From an uncultured bacterium (GTDB lineage: Bacteria; Chloroflexota; UBA5177; JANWHV01): a DNA stretch of 64,000 bases. Both the position numbers and the translations under genes were made by a program. The stretch covers positions 96,001-160,000 of the forward strand of contig CAWHAE010000012.1 in assembly GCA_963827235.1 (NCBI GenBank), read 5' to 3'. Below, piece after piece: positions 40,727 through 50,054 of this stretch. The number at the start of each line of letters is the position of its first letter. Position 1 is the first letter of the stretch. The notes below the pieces were generated by a model. It had not been told where the DNA came from. It worked only from the letters and a program-made list of their open reading frames with translations, and searched no databases.

Positions 40727-40787
40727 TGGTGCGTCCTTTCGCGATGCCCGCGCAGCTCGAGCGGCACGGCACGCTATCGTACCCGCC

Positions 40788-41594
40788 TCAGCACGGAGCC
40801 CGCAAGCTATAGTCCCAAACTTCCGGCTTTGCTGCCAGCAGTGTTGCCAGGAACTGCTCGTCGTCATGGTAGCGTTTGTCGGCAAGCTTCGTGACCACTA
40901 CCGGCACATGCACATGGCCGCGATCGAACGGCCACGGATCCGCAGTGGCCTCGTGCTCGTCGATCTGCCGCACGGCGATCGTCGTCTCGCCATCGATAGT
41001 GGGGATATGGTCGATCTCTCGGCTGACCATGTTGTGCAGCACGAAGAACAATGAGAGCCGATCCCAGGCCCTGAGCCGCAGGTATGCAGGCCAGAGCCGG
41101 TCAGGCTCGACGGCGCCGGCGAATCGAGTGCTCTGTGCTAGCCGGTCGCGCAGCGAGCGCTGCAGAGCCGACTGACCGGCCAGGAATCGCCGTCCTAGGC
41201 CCTGCGACTCCGGCAGCGCTGGCGGTGCCAGAGTACGCGGGTTCCAGCCTTCGACGCCCGCATAGAGCACCGAAGCATGCAGACTCACCAGCAGCCCGCT
41301 GTACGGATCGACCGCTATCGCTGCTTCCACGCCGGCACTATAGAACGCCGCGTGGACTTCCGGCTCCACCTCACCGAGATTCCGCGGCCGGCCAGTTTCC
41401 GGCAGCAGCGTGGGACGCTCCTCCCAGATACGCCAGCCGGCATCGTGCAGGCCTGCCGCGCGGAGAGTCTCTTCCCGGTGCTCGGGTGCCGGGAATCGCC
41501 GGTTGCCCCAACGCTCGGCTATGCGGGCGACCTGTGCCATGTGGTCTGTCTGTCGCACGATCACGAGCTGGTCTTCGATGTGCCGTATGAGCAT
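40788..41594 (-). CDS. DUF3891-family protein
   Basis: MLIR...QTDH, WGN, HDAGW, DPYSGLLVSLH, WDRLSL, PWPF. Confidence 0.75.
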   Translation of the reverse strand: MLIRHIEDQLVIVRQTDHMAQVARIAERWGNRRFPAPEHREETLRAAGLHDAGWRIWEERPTLLPETGRPRNLGEVEPEVHAAFYSAGVEAAIAVDPYSGLLVSLHASVLYAGVEGWNPRTLAPPALPESQGLGRRFLAGQSALQRSLRDRLAQSTRFAGAVEPDRLWPAYLRLRAWDRLSLFFVLHNMVSREIDHIPTIDGETTIAVRQIDEHEATADPWPFDRGHVHVPVVVTKLADKRYHDDEQFLATLLAAKPEVWDYSLRAPC

Positions 41595-41639
41595 CTGTAC
41601 CCTGATAAGAATGTGCTCTTCGTGATAGGAATCTGCCTT

Positions 41640-41830
41640 CCATGATAACAACGTGCTTTCTGAGCGGTGGTTTGTTGGTCTGGCCCGCCCGGGTGCGGAA
41701 CAGTAGTGTCAGGAGAGCAAGCCATGCGACCGCTATCGCGGCCCACGCGATAGGTCGCGGCCCACGCGATAGGTCGCGGCTCGGCGTGCAGGACGGCACT
41801 GACGAGCATGACCACCAGGAAGAGGGCCAA
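41640..41830 (-). pseudogene. Small two-TM protein gene disrupted by a 19-bp tandem duplication
   Basis: TCGCGGCCCACGCGATAGG x2 at 41736-41773. Removing one copy joins LALFLVVMLVSAVLH to PIAWAAIAVAWLALLTLLF. Confidence 0.45.
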
Positions 41831-42005
41831 TCCCTGTAGCCTGGCGGGAGCATCGACTCACGATCAAGGTGTGCTTGTTCCGATATGGTCCGGACTCCGG
41901 TAGCATTCCATATCGATAGGCGAGGACTGCGTCGCAGTCCTTGCGTGCTGGTCATCCCCAAAATCCGGGATGACTCATGACTCACTTCACGTGCGCGGGG
42001 CGTTG

Positions 42006-42359
42006 CTATCCTGCCGTGCGCGGGTTGTCGGGTGAAGGAACTCCAACCGATCGAAACACTTCGCGGGCGCCAACGGTCTCGTTCTCGTCGTACGGTCGGC
42101 CGGCTAGGACGACGAAGGTGGCACTGACGGGCACTATTCCCTCCGCGATTGCATAGTGCGCGAGCTGAGCGTAGTTCGTAGCGCCGGTCTTTCTGAATAA
42201 CCTCTCGCGGCAACTCGCTATCAGCTTCTCGGAAACATTCACCTCGGCGGCAATCTCAAGCTCAGACCTGCCCGCGGCAATCATGCGCAATACGCCGATC
42301 TCCCCACGTGTGAGGAGGGAATCGCATACGAGCATCCATCGTTCGTTGCACCGGTCCAT
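42006..42359 (-). CDS. Solo LuxR/NarL C-terminal HTH regulator (no REC domain)
   Basis: LTRGEIGVLRMIAAGRSELEIAAEVNVSEKLIASCRERLFRKTG...QLAHYAIAEGI. Confidence 0.8.
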   Translation of the reverse strand: MDRCNERWMLVCDSLLTRGEIGVLRMIAAGRSELEIAAEVNVSEKLIASCRERLFRKTGATNYAQLAHYAIAEGIVPVSATFVVLAGRPYDENETVGAREVFRSVGVPSPDNPRTAG

Positions 42360-42435
42360 GTTCCTGCATCACCGATCTCACTGGTCCTCGGTGACCCGAC
42401 ACTTCCCAGGCGTTAGTTGTCGGGCCTGTCTGCCA

Positions 42436-42491
42436 AGCCTACCAGCTGCCTCTTAACGGCGGATTAAGAGCACATCAAAGTTCCGTTAAGG
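42436..42491 (-). promoter_or_regulatory. Four 11-bp-phased TTAA half-sites plus extended -10 upstream of the solo LuxR gene
   Basis: Plus-strand cores at 42453, 42464, 42475 (TCAA) and 42486. Minus strand GTTAAG-N10-TAGGCT with TGn. Confidence 0.65.
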
Positions 42492-42745
42492 GGAAACGAC
42501 CACACGGTCGTCTCTGCGTCGGCTGGGCAAAGGCAGCGACTGGGGCCACCTGCAAGCCTGAACCCGGCTCGGCTGCCCGTCGAAGCACGGCGCTGGTGGT
42601 GGCGTCTCCAGTCTGCACTATATACAGTAGGCGCTGCAGCATGTGCGGTTGGTTCCCGGCACCGAGCCTGAGACTGGAAAAGCTGTCAACGCACAATGTT
42701 CACACACCGACAGCCGCGTGGCCGGCGCCATTCACGCGGCCCGTA

Positions 42746-44935
42746 CTAGCCGACATGCACGGCCTGCAGCGTGCGATAGGAGGTGGCGCGCACACTCTCC
42801 GGGAGCGGCACGTAGTTCTGCCCGCTCGCATAGCTCTGCCCGGCTGTGATCAGCCACTTGAAAAGGTCGATCAGCGCCTGACCTTTCACGACCTGCGCGT
42901 GGTGGGCGCGGACGAGGGCCCAGGAGTAGCCTGCAATCGGGTAGGCACCTGTTCCCTGGGCGTTGACGATGGAGAAGTGCATGGCCGTCACGCCCGGATG
43001 CTGATTCGCGGCCGCCAGGATACTGGCGGCGGACGGCGTGACGAACCGATGCGCCGCATTCTCCACCGCGGCCACAGGCAGCTTCGTGTCCTCGGCGAAC
43101 TTGAGCTCGGTGTAGCCAATGCCGCCGTTGACTGCAAGCACCTCGTTCGCCACCGCTGGATTCCCGGTTTCGCCGATCCCTACCGGCCAGTGCACCACCT
43201 TGCCGGCCCCGGCGTTCAAGGCAAAGTCGCTGCTGACGGCTGAGAGGTAGTCCGAGAAGATGTACGTCGTGCCGCTGCTGTCCGACCGGTGCACGGGCGC
43301 GATCGCAAGCGAGGGAAGGCTCACGCCGGGGTTGAGCGCGGCGATGGCCGGGTCGTTCCAACGCGTGATCTTCCCCAGAAAGATCGCGGCGAGGGTCGGC
43401 CCGTCAAAGCGCAGCACGGACTTCGTGGAGAAGTCGAGGTTGTAGGTGACGGCGACGCCGCCAAGCAAGATGGGCAGTTGCATGACGCCACTGCCGTTGC
43501 TGTTGGCCACGGCCTGCTCGGTGCTGTTCATGGGCACGTCGGTCATGCCGAAGTCGGTCTGATTATTCGTGAACTGCGTGATGCCGCCGCCCGAGCCGAC
43601 AGGGTCATAGGTGACGGCAACCGGGTTCGCCTGCGCGTATGCGGCCAGCGTGGTGGCGAGAAACGGCTGAGCGAATGTGGAGCCCGAGCCGATTAGCCGC
43701 ACGGACGCGGCTGTGGATCCGGCGTTGACGACGCCCACCGGTGTCACGACGATGGTCCGCGTCGCCGGGTGGGTGGTCCTGGCGCCGAACTCTACGGCGG
43801 ACACTCCCACCGCCAGTACCACGATGAGCGCGACAAGCGCAGCGACGATTTTGCCTCGAGTCGAGGAGAGCACGGTGCGCGGCTGCAAGATGCCGTCGAT
43901 CGCGGCCTTCATATCGGCCGCGCGCTGCCAGCGCTTCGCCGTGTCGTTCTGCAGGGCCTTGCCGACGATCTGCTCCGTTGCCTCGGAGACGGCCGGGTTG
44001 ATCGTGCGGACCGGCGGATACACAAACAGCGGCTCGACGCCCTGCGGATTCCGGCCGGTCAAGAGGTGGTGCATCGTGGCGCCCAGCGCGTAGACATCCG
44101 ACTGCGGCGTCTCGTGCCCGGTGAATTGCTCCCTCGGTGCGTAGCCGGGTGTGCCCATCGCCGTCGATGCTGCTCCCGTGCCTCCCTGCGTGCTTCCTAC
44201 CCGGAAGCGGTGAGATGCCACCCCGAAGTCGACGACCTGAACGCGGCCGGCGCTGTCGACCAGTATATTGGCGGGCTTGATGTCGCGGTGGATGACCTGC
44301 GGGTCGCGCGTCTCCAGGTAGTCGAGGACGGACAGGGCCTGACTGGCCCATTGCAGGACGTTGCGCTCGGGCAGCCGCTTGTCGGGCGCGGCGTCCGCCT
44401 TCTTCTGCAGGTCTTCACCGTCCACATAGTCCTGCACGATGAAGTAGCGGCCGGATTCGGTGGGAAAGTCGGTAATCTGTGGGACATTGGGATGTCGCAG
44501 GGCGGAGAGCGTCTTTCGCTCGCCGATGAACGCGTCCTCCGCTTCCTTGCGTTCATCATCGTTCGCGAAGTTGCGCAGCATCTCCTTGATCACGACCGGC
44601 TTGTCGTCGAGCCGCATATCGTGCGCGAGGAAGATGCTGCCCATGCCACCCTTACCCAGAGCCTTGTCGATCACATACCGGCCTGCCGAGAGGGTGACAC
44701 CAGGAGCGAGGGGCGTGGTGCCGATCTCGCGCGCCGACGGCGCGGCCGTCGTGGCGGGTACGGGCGGCGACGCGGAGGTAGTCTGCTCACCGCCGGTTTG
44801 GCGCGTCCGGGGAGGGTTCAGCTTGGAGCTGGTAGCTGGGTTCAGTCGCTGCGTGAGACTGATGCCGCAGGCGTCGCAATATCTGCTACCCGCCGGATTG
44901 GCAGCGCCACACTGCGGGCACATCACATCAGACAC
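42746..44935 (-). CDS. Zinc-ribbon / Hanks Ser/Thr kinase / TM / PstS phosphate-binding fusion protein
   Basis: CPQC..CDAC; GKGGMG, VIK, HRDIKPAN, DFG, GTPGYAPRE; single TM (IVAALVALIVVLAVGV); PstS motifs GSGSTF, YDPVGSGGG, DFGMTD, HRSDSSGTT, IGYTE, YPI. GAGAGGA RBS. Confidence 0.92.
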   Translation of the reverse strand: MSDVMCPQCGAANPAGSRYCDACGISLTQRLNPATSSKLNPPRTRQTGGEQTTSASPPVPATTAAPSAREIGTTPLAPGVTLSAGRYVIDKALGKGGMGSIFLAHDMRLDDKPVVIKEMLRNFANDDERKEAEDAFIGERKTLSALRHPNVPQITDFPTESGRYFIVQDYVDGEDLQKKADAAPDKRLPERNVLQWASQALSVLDYLETRDPQVIHRDIKPANILVDSAGRVQVVDFGVASHRFRVGSTQGGTGAASTAMGTPGYAPREQFTGHETPQSDVYALGATMHHLLTGRNPQGVEPLFVYPPVRTINPAVSEATEQIVGKALQNDTAKRWQRAADMKAAIDGILQPRTVLSSTRGKIVAALVALIVVLAVGVSAVEFGARTTHPATRTIVVTPVGVVNAGSTAASVRLIGSGSTFAQPFLATTLAAYAQANPVAVTYDPVGSGGGITQFTNNQTDFGMTDVPMNSTEQAVANSNGSGVMQLPILLGGVAVTYNLDFSTKSVLRFDGPTLAAIFLGKITRWNDPAIAALNPGVSLPSLAIAPVHRSDSSGTTYIFSDYLSAVSSDFALNAGAGKVVHWPVGIGETGNPAVANEVLAVNGGIGYTELKFAEDTKLPVAAVENAAHRFVTPSAASILAAANQHPGVTAMHFSIVNAQGTGAYPIAGYSWALVRAHHAQVVKGQALIDLFKWLITAGQSYASGQNYVPLPESVRATSYRTLQAVHVG

Positions 44936-45120
44936 GGCGCCGCACGTCCTCTCGACGGCTCACCCGCGTCGCGACGTACCGCGTGACCGCATGGTTCTCT
45001 CGATACTTCGTCAAATCGGCTGTACCTTGTTGCGACGTCGTCTGTTCTCGGCGCTCCCCACTACACTGATTATCTGGCCTGCCATTGCATGCCTGCGCGT
45101 GCAGGGCAGTCCCACGGTGA

Positions 45121-45140
45121 AGATTTAACGGAGATTTAAC
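45121..45140. promoter_or_regulatory. Perfect direct repeat AGATTTAAC at 11-bp period upstream of the kinase-PstS gene
   Basis: AGATTTAACGGAGATTTAAC has the same TTAA core and period as the other boxes. Confidence 0.5.
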
Positions 45141-45525
45141 AGGCGACCCGGGAAGTCCCACTCCCTCAAAGCCCCCCGCCCGGCCGGCCGAGATGGTGGT
45201 GAGAAGGGCTTGGTAGGCTGGAGGGCCACAGCGCCACATCAAGGTCGCCGGTTCTTGGTGCCAACAGCCCGCTCTTTAAGCTGACCGAGGGGTGGCTTCG
45301 GCAACGATGAGTGTGACCAGGCCGGCTGGGCGAACAGCGCGACGTGAGTACAGGAGTGAAACGTGTCCGCCGTCGAGCTTGCCTTCTGCACCACGCAGGC
45401 TACCGAGGGACCGATCTGCTAGACACCGTGACCACCGCGGACGAGCCCGCGAGCGGCGACGCGAGGTAGCGCAGTTGTCGCGCTGATCGACAGCGATCGG
45501 TCGCCGGAATCCGGCAGTGTGCCGT

Positions 45526-48054
45526 CTACCGCACGGCGTAGAGGCGCACCAGGAAGCGCTTGAACGTGAGATGACTGAAAGCGATCGCGTCGGCTTCGAG
45601 CTCGCCGATCAGAATCGCCTTCTCTGCCTGCATCGCCCGGTGCCGCGCCAGGCGGTCGTCGAGCTCCTGCTGCTGCTGCGTGAAGCGCGCCTGCAGGGCC
45701 GTGCAGTGCCCGTCGAGCCTGTTCACGTCGTGCTCGTCGAGCAGCGCGGCGAGCCGCCGGTTCGCGGAGGCGTTGTCTTCCTGGCGCTCCTGCTGCAGGC
45801 GCTGCATCTCGATGGCGAATTGCGCCTTGATGCCGTCCATCTCCGCGACCCTGCGCTGCATCGCTGCCACGCGCTCACCTTCCAGTCGGGATCGCTTGTC
45901 CGCGACCTCGGCGCGAACCGCGGCTACCTCGGGCATGGAGAGCGCCGCCGGGGCCTGGGCGGTCGCGGCATTGAGCGTCACGCGCTTCCATTGCATCAGC
46001 GCCTGCAGATACTTGTCGCCGATGCCCGGGACTGCTTCGAGCCGGTTATAGGTCAGGTCGCGCGCCGTGCGCATGCCCAGAGAGGCCAGACGCCGGCAGA
46101 TGATGCCCGGCACGCCGGGCACATCCGCCTGCGCGAGGTCGTTCTTGAGCACGAAGTCCTGTTTGGACTGGTATTGCAGCACGAGCAAGCGCTTCTGCAA
46201 TTGCTCGGGCTCGCACTCCTCGATGCGGGCGATTTGCGCGTTCAGCCACTCCAGGTTGACGTCGACCTGGCTGATCTCGCGCTCGGCCATCTCTCTCACC
46301 TTCTCGAGACTCTCGTCGATACCCTGCAGCTGCTCGGCCAGGTTCCTGTTGATCTCCTCCATCGCCGGTGGCAACTTCTGCAGGTACTCCGTCCGCATTG
46401 CGGCCAGCCCGCCCAGCTCCGCCGCGCTCTCGGCAACGAGGGAGGTAAGCGCGGTCTCGGTGGCCGCAATCTCGCCGGTGAGCAGCCGTAGCGCGCGCTG
46501 TTCCTGCGCCAGCCGTTGCCGTGTCTCCCGTCCCCTGGTCAGCGCGTCGTCCGCAAGATAGGCATGGAGAGCTACGGCCACGTTCACCAGGACGGCGAGC
46601 GGCAGCAGAGCCAGCCACCTGACCGGTGCGCTGATCGCCGGGACGGGCAGCACGAAAGCCAGCACGCTGGCCACCAGCACGCTGAGCAGGGCCAGCAGCT
46701 GGAACGGCGCGAACCGGGCCCCGAAGCGGGCCGAGCGCTTCGGCAGGGCCGGCGCGCTCACGAGCGGCGCCGCTTCCGCGCCCACACCCGGCGTCGACCC
46801 GGTTGCATCGGAGCGGGCCGCGGCCCGCTCCGGCTGCGTCATGACAGACACGGCCTGGCCCCCGGTGGTTTGCAGCCAGGAGCTGCCGAGCAGTGGCGGC
46901 GACGGCTCCTCGCGGCCCGGCACGACCGGTGTGACCGCGTCCTCCGATTCCGCGGCGGCTTCGGCGGTGCGCGGAATGACGGCCGGTCCCGTATCCGCCA
47001 GGTAAGCAGCGCTTTCCAGCCAGGAGCTGTCGCCCACCTGTGCCGGCGTTCGCTCCTCCACCGGCGGCACCTCGTCCGGTTTGGGCGCGGCCGGCTGGGC
47101 TGCCGGCTGAGCGGCCGGGGCCCTCACCTCGACGTGATCCTTGAGCCAATCCGAACCGATCGGCTTGCCGTGTTTCTCGGCGAGCGACGGCAGCTCCAGC
47201 GGTGGCCGCGCGAGCAGCCCGATAACCTCGCGCGCCAGGTCCGCCGTCTCGCCGGAGCCGTGATCGAGGAGCAGGCGCATCGTGTCCGAGGCGTCCGGCT
47301 GCTTCAGGTCGTCGCTGCGCAGGAGGAGACTCTCCTCCCCGGCTCGCACCGCCGTCCACAGCCGCGGATCTTCGCTGAAGGCGACCAGCGAGAGATAGAT
47401 TACCCAGGTCGAGAAACGGTCGAGGCGCCCGTCGAAGTGCGCGTTGGTCCGTGCCGGGTGCTGATAGTTGGGATCGCCCAGCTCGTTGCTGGCGGCGAAG
47501 CGGCCCTTGAAGGGCGGCACGTACATGCCGTCGTAGTCGATTAGCTTGAAATCCTCGCCCACGACCAGCACGTTGCCGTGCTGCAGGTCGCCATGGGCGA
47601 CGCCGACGCCTTCCAGGTCGCCGACCAGGCGGATCCATCGTGCCGCCAGGAGCTTGAGCAGGTGAGGATTCGCGCGATGCTCCTTGACGAACTTGTCCAG
47701 CGAATCGCCGTCCACCCACTCCATCTTGAGAATGGGAAACGGCTTTCCCTGCACGCGGATCCCATTCTCCTGGTATTCGAAGCCCACGGTGTAGCGGAGG
47801 TGAGCGTGCTCCAGGTAGGTGCTGATGCCCGCGTAGCGGTCCTTCTGGTCCTGCGTGTTGCGTGTGAAGCACTTGACCGCCCAGTACTGCGATCCGCACT
47901 TGACCCGGTAGACGCTGGCGAAATTGCCCGAGACGGCCTGCGGCAGCCCGAGCCGGTTCAGGGTAGGCTGGCCCTCGGCTAGCTCCGCGTCCAGGAGATT
48001 GCTCCGCGGGTGCTGTATCGCCTCGTTGTAGTCTTGTGGCTCTGGCCAGCGCAT
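45526..48054 (-). CDS. YegI-like atypical Ser/Thr kinase with TM hairpin, coiled coil and HhH motifs
   Basis: SGNFASVY, AVKCF, HGDLQHGNVLV, LIDYDGM, YQHPAR; two TMs; VPGIGDK HhH-like motif. Confidence 0.85.
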   Translation of the reverse strand: MRWPEPQDYNEAIQHPRSNLLDAELAEGQPTLNRLGLPQAVSGNFASVYRVKCGSQYWAVKCFTRNTQDQKDRYAGISTYLEHAHLRYTVGFEYQENGIRVQGKPFPILKMEWVDGDSLDKFVKEHRANPHLLKLLAARWIRLVGDLEGVGVAHGDLQHGNVLVVGEDFKLIDYDGMYVPPFKGRFAASNELGDPNYQHPARTNAHFDGRLDRFSTWVIYLSLVAFSEDPRLWTAVRAGEESLLLRSDDLKQPDASDTMRLLLDHGSGETADLAREVIGLLARPPLELPSLAEKHGKPIGSDWLKDHVEVRAPAAQPAAQPAAPKPDEVPPVEERTPAQVGDSSWLESAAYLADTGPAVIPRTAEAAAESEDAVTPVVPGREEPSPPLLGSSWLQTTGGQAVSVMTQPERAAARSDATGSTPGVGAEAAPLVSAPALPKRSARFGARFAPFQLLALLSVLVASVLAFVLPVPAISAPVRWLALLPLAVLVNVAVALHAYLADDALTRGRETRQRLAQEQRALRLLTGEIAATETALTSLVAESAAELGGLAAMRTEYLQKLPPAMEEINRNLAEQLQGIDESLEKVREMAEREISQVDVNLEWLNAQIARIEECEPEQLQKRLLVLQYQSKQDFVLKNDLAQADVPGVPGIICRRLASLGMRTARDLTYNRLEAVPGIGDKYLQALMQWKRVTLNAATAQAPAALSMPEVAAVRAEVADKRSRLEGERVAAMQRRVAEMDGIKAQFAIEMQRLQQERQEDNASANRRLAALLDEHDVNRLDGHCTALQARFTQQQQELDDRLARHRAMQAEKAILIGELEADAIAFSHLTFKRFLVRLYAVR

Positions 48055-48226
48055 TTCAGGGACGCTCTCTCAACTGGCTTCCCTCGCAGGATCCAGCCGG
48101 CTGTTTCCGGTCACCGCGGATCGCCGGCCCGCCGGCTGGTGTTCAGCCCGCGGAGCACTGCCGCGCGACCGTCCCGCGTGGCGGCAAGCCCGGCGCATGC
48201 GGCAAACACGGCGGCGTGCCACTGCC

Positions 48227-48967
48227 TTACAGCCTTGCCCGGATGCGCAGCAGTGTGACGTCGTCGTTCTTCAGGTTTCCTGTCGAGCGCAGCTCCTGCA
48301 CAAGCTGTGCGAAAGACTGCCCGCCGGTGCCGTCGAGGTGCAGGTCGAGCAATGCTTCCCACGGGCGCGTCTTTGCTTCCGTGGCGCGCAGGAACCAGCA
48401 GCCCAGGGCGTCGGTCATCAGGAAGAAGGTGTCGCGCTCCTTCCACCGGCCCGAGCTGCGCACCAGGGCGCTGTCCCCGCCGTTACTCGAGAGAAGCGCC
48501 GGCCGGCTGGTGAAGTCGGAGGATCGCTTGAGCGGAAACGCGTTGAGCAACCGGCCGGCACGCAGCTGGAAGAGGCAGCTGTCTCCCGCTGCTACGGCAA
48601 ACCACTTCAGCAGGGCGCCGTCCCTGAACAGTCTCAGTCCGAGAAGCGTTGAAAAGGCGCCGAGTCGTGCTTTCTCCTCCGCGTACCAGGGCAGCGGCCT
48701 ACCGCCGACCTGCGTTCTCCACTCTTGTCTCAGCGGCTCCAGGTCCTTGTCCTCGAGCCGGTCGTCGATCTTGCCTTCGCCATAGGCGTTGACCAGCATC
48801 TCTGCCCAGAGTCCGGCATAGGAGGTCTCAGTGGCGCCGTCCGCAATGGCGAAGCGATAGGCACGGTGCTTTGCGGACGCCGGGTCCGGCTTATAGAAGG
48901 CGTCTTCGTAGTCGGCATCCGAGTTGCCCGCTTTTGGCAGGCAGAAGGCCTGTTGCTCTACGTGCAC
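48227..48967 (-). CDS. PP2C-like protein phosphatase (YegK/PphC-type)
   Basis: YEDA, FAIADGA, GDSCLF, LMTDAL, NDDVTL metal-binding Asp motifs. Confidence 0.85.
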   Translation of the reverse strand: MHVEQQAFCLPKAGNSDADYEDAFYKPDPASAKHRAYRFAIADGATETSYAGLWAEMLVNAYGEGKIDDRLEDKDLEPLRQEWRTQVGGRPLPWYAEEKARLGAFSTLLGLRLFRDGALLKWFAVAAGDSCLFQLRAGRLLNAFPLKRSSDFTSRPALLSSNGGDSALVRSSGRWKERDTFFLMTDALGCWFLRATEAKTRPWEALLDLHLDGTGGQSFAQLVQELRSTGNLKNDDVTLLRIRARL

Positions 48968-49021
48968 GAGATATGGCTCACGATCTGAATCATCCTCCAG
49001 CCGCTGGTACGTGCTCTGGGC

Positions 49022-49888
49022 TTAACGCAGATTGCTCGGTCTGGTACCGATGTCGAGGAAGCGGATCACGGAAACCATGTCGGCGTTGAAGACGAAGCCG
49101 CGGGCCTCGGCGGCCACCACGTATTCTTCCTGCCGGGCAACATCCAGCATGTATTCCGGCAGCGGGCTGGAGATGCGATACAGCAGGTGTGCGTACTGAT
49201 CCGGCAGGGTCTGCTCGTCGCTGGGAAACTCGATCGGAGTGGCTCGATTGGTCGAGATGTGTGCGTTGAACAGCAGGGCATTGCCGTCGCCAGTAGCGAG
49301 ATCCTTCAGGGCCTGCGCGGAGGCAGTGGGATCGCCGTCGGTCGACTCGCCGTCCGTGATGTTGATCACTATAGGCGGGAAGCTGGACTGGTGCTCGGTC
49401 ACCCAGGGTTCCAGCAGAGCTGTCGCCTGCTGGAACGCGCGGCGCATCGGCGTGCCGCCGCTGGCCACGGGCTCAAACCAGATGGGGAACTTGACCGTCT
49501 GCTCCATGATGCCGCCGGCGCCGTCGTCCATCTTCTTCGTGCGCTCTTCGATGCGCACGGGCGCGTTCGCCACGTCGCCGATCGGCACCAGATCGCTGCC
49601 GGAAAGCGGCCCGCCGAAAGCCGGACCCACCTGGGCGCCGTAGCCGATCACGCCGACCGAGTAGTAGTCGCGCACGCCGTCGGACTTGGCGCACTTGATG
49701 ACTAGGTTCTGCAACAGGCGGTTGATCGCGTCGGCCACTCCCTGGGCCTTGGTCCGCCGGTTCGCGAAGGGCACGCGCGGCGCGTCCGGCTGGCCGGCAT
49801 CCAGTGATTCGGCCATGGAGCCCGACTGATCGATGAGAAACAGGAAGCACGATGGATTGAGACGGTTGATCTCGGCGGTGTACGTCAC
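49022..49888 (-). CDS. vWA (TerY-like) domain protein
   Basis: MIDAS DQSGS, GGTPM, ITDGE. GGAGGA RBS before GTG. Confidence 0.88.
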   Translation of the reverse strand: MTYTAEINRLNPSCFLFLIDQSGSMAESLDAGQPDAPRVPFANRRTKAQGVADAINRLLQNLVIKCAKSDGVRDYYSVGVIGYGAQVGPAFGGPLSGSDLVPIGDVANAPVRIEERTKKMDDGAGGIMEQTVKFPIWFEPVASGGTPMRRAFQQATALLEPWVTEHQSSFPPIVINITDGESTDGDPTASAQALKDLATGDGNALLFNAHISTNRATPIEFPSDEQTLPDQYAHLLYRISSPLPEYMLDVARQEEYVVAAEARGFVFNADMVSVIRFLDIGTRPSNLR

Positions 49889-50054
49889 AGGGTCCTCCGG
49901 TTCCGCTGGTCGCCCTGGGCGGCGGATGTGCAGTAGTGGCCGTGCGCCGTGCGCAATGGCAGCGCCGTCGTCGGGCGAGCGAACTGTCCCTGACTAGAAT
50001 GGGGCCATTCTCCGCGCGCGTCAATCGCCTTCGCGGGGGTATATTGCCGCGCAA

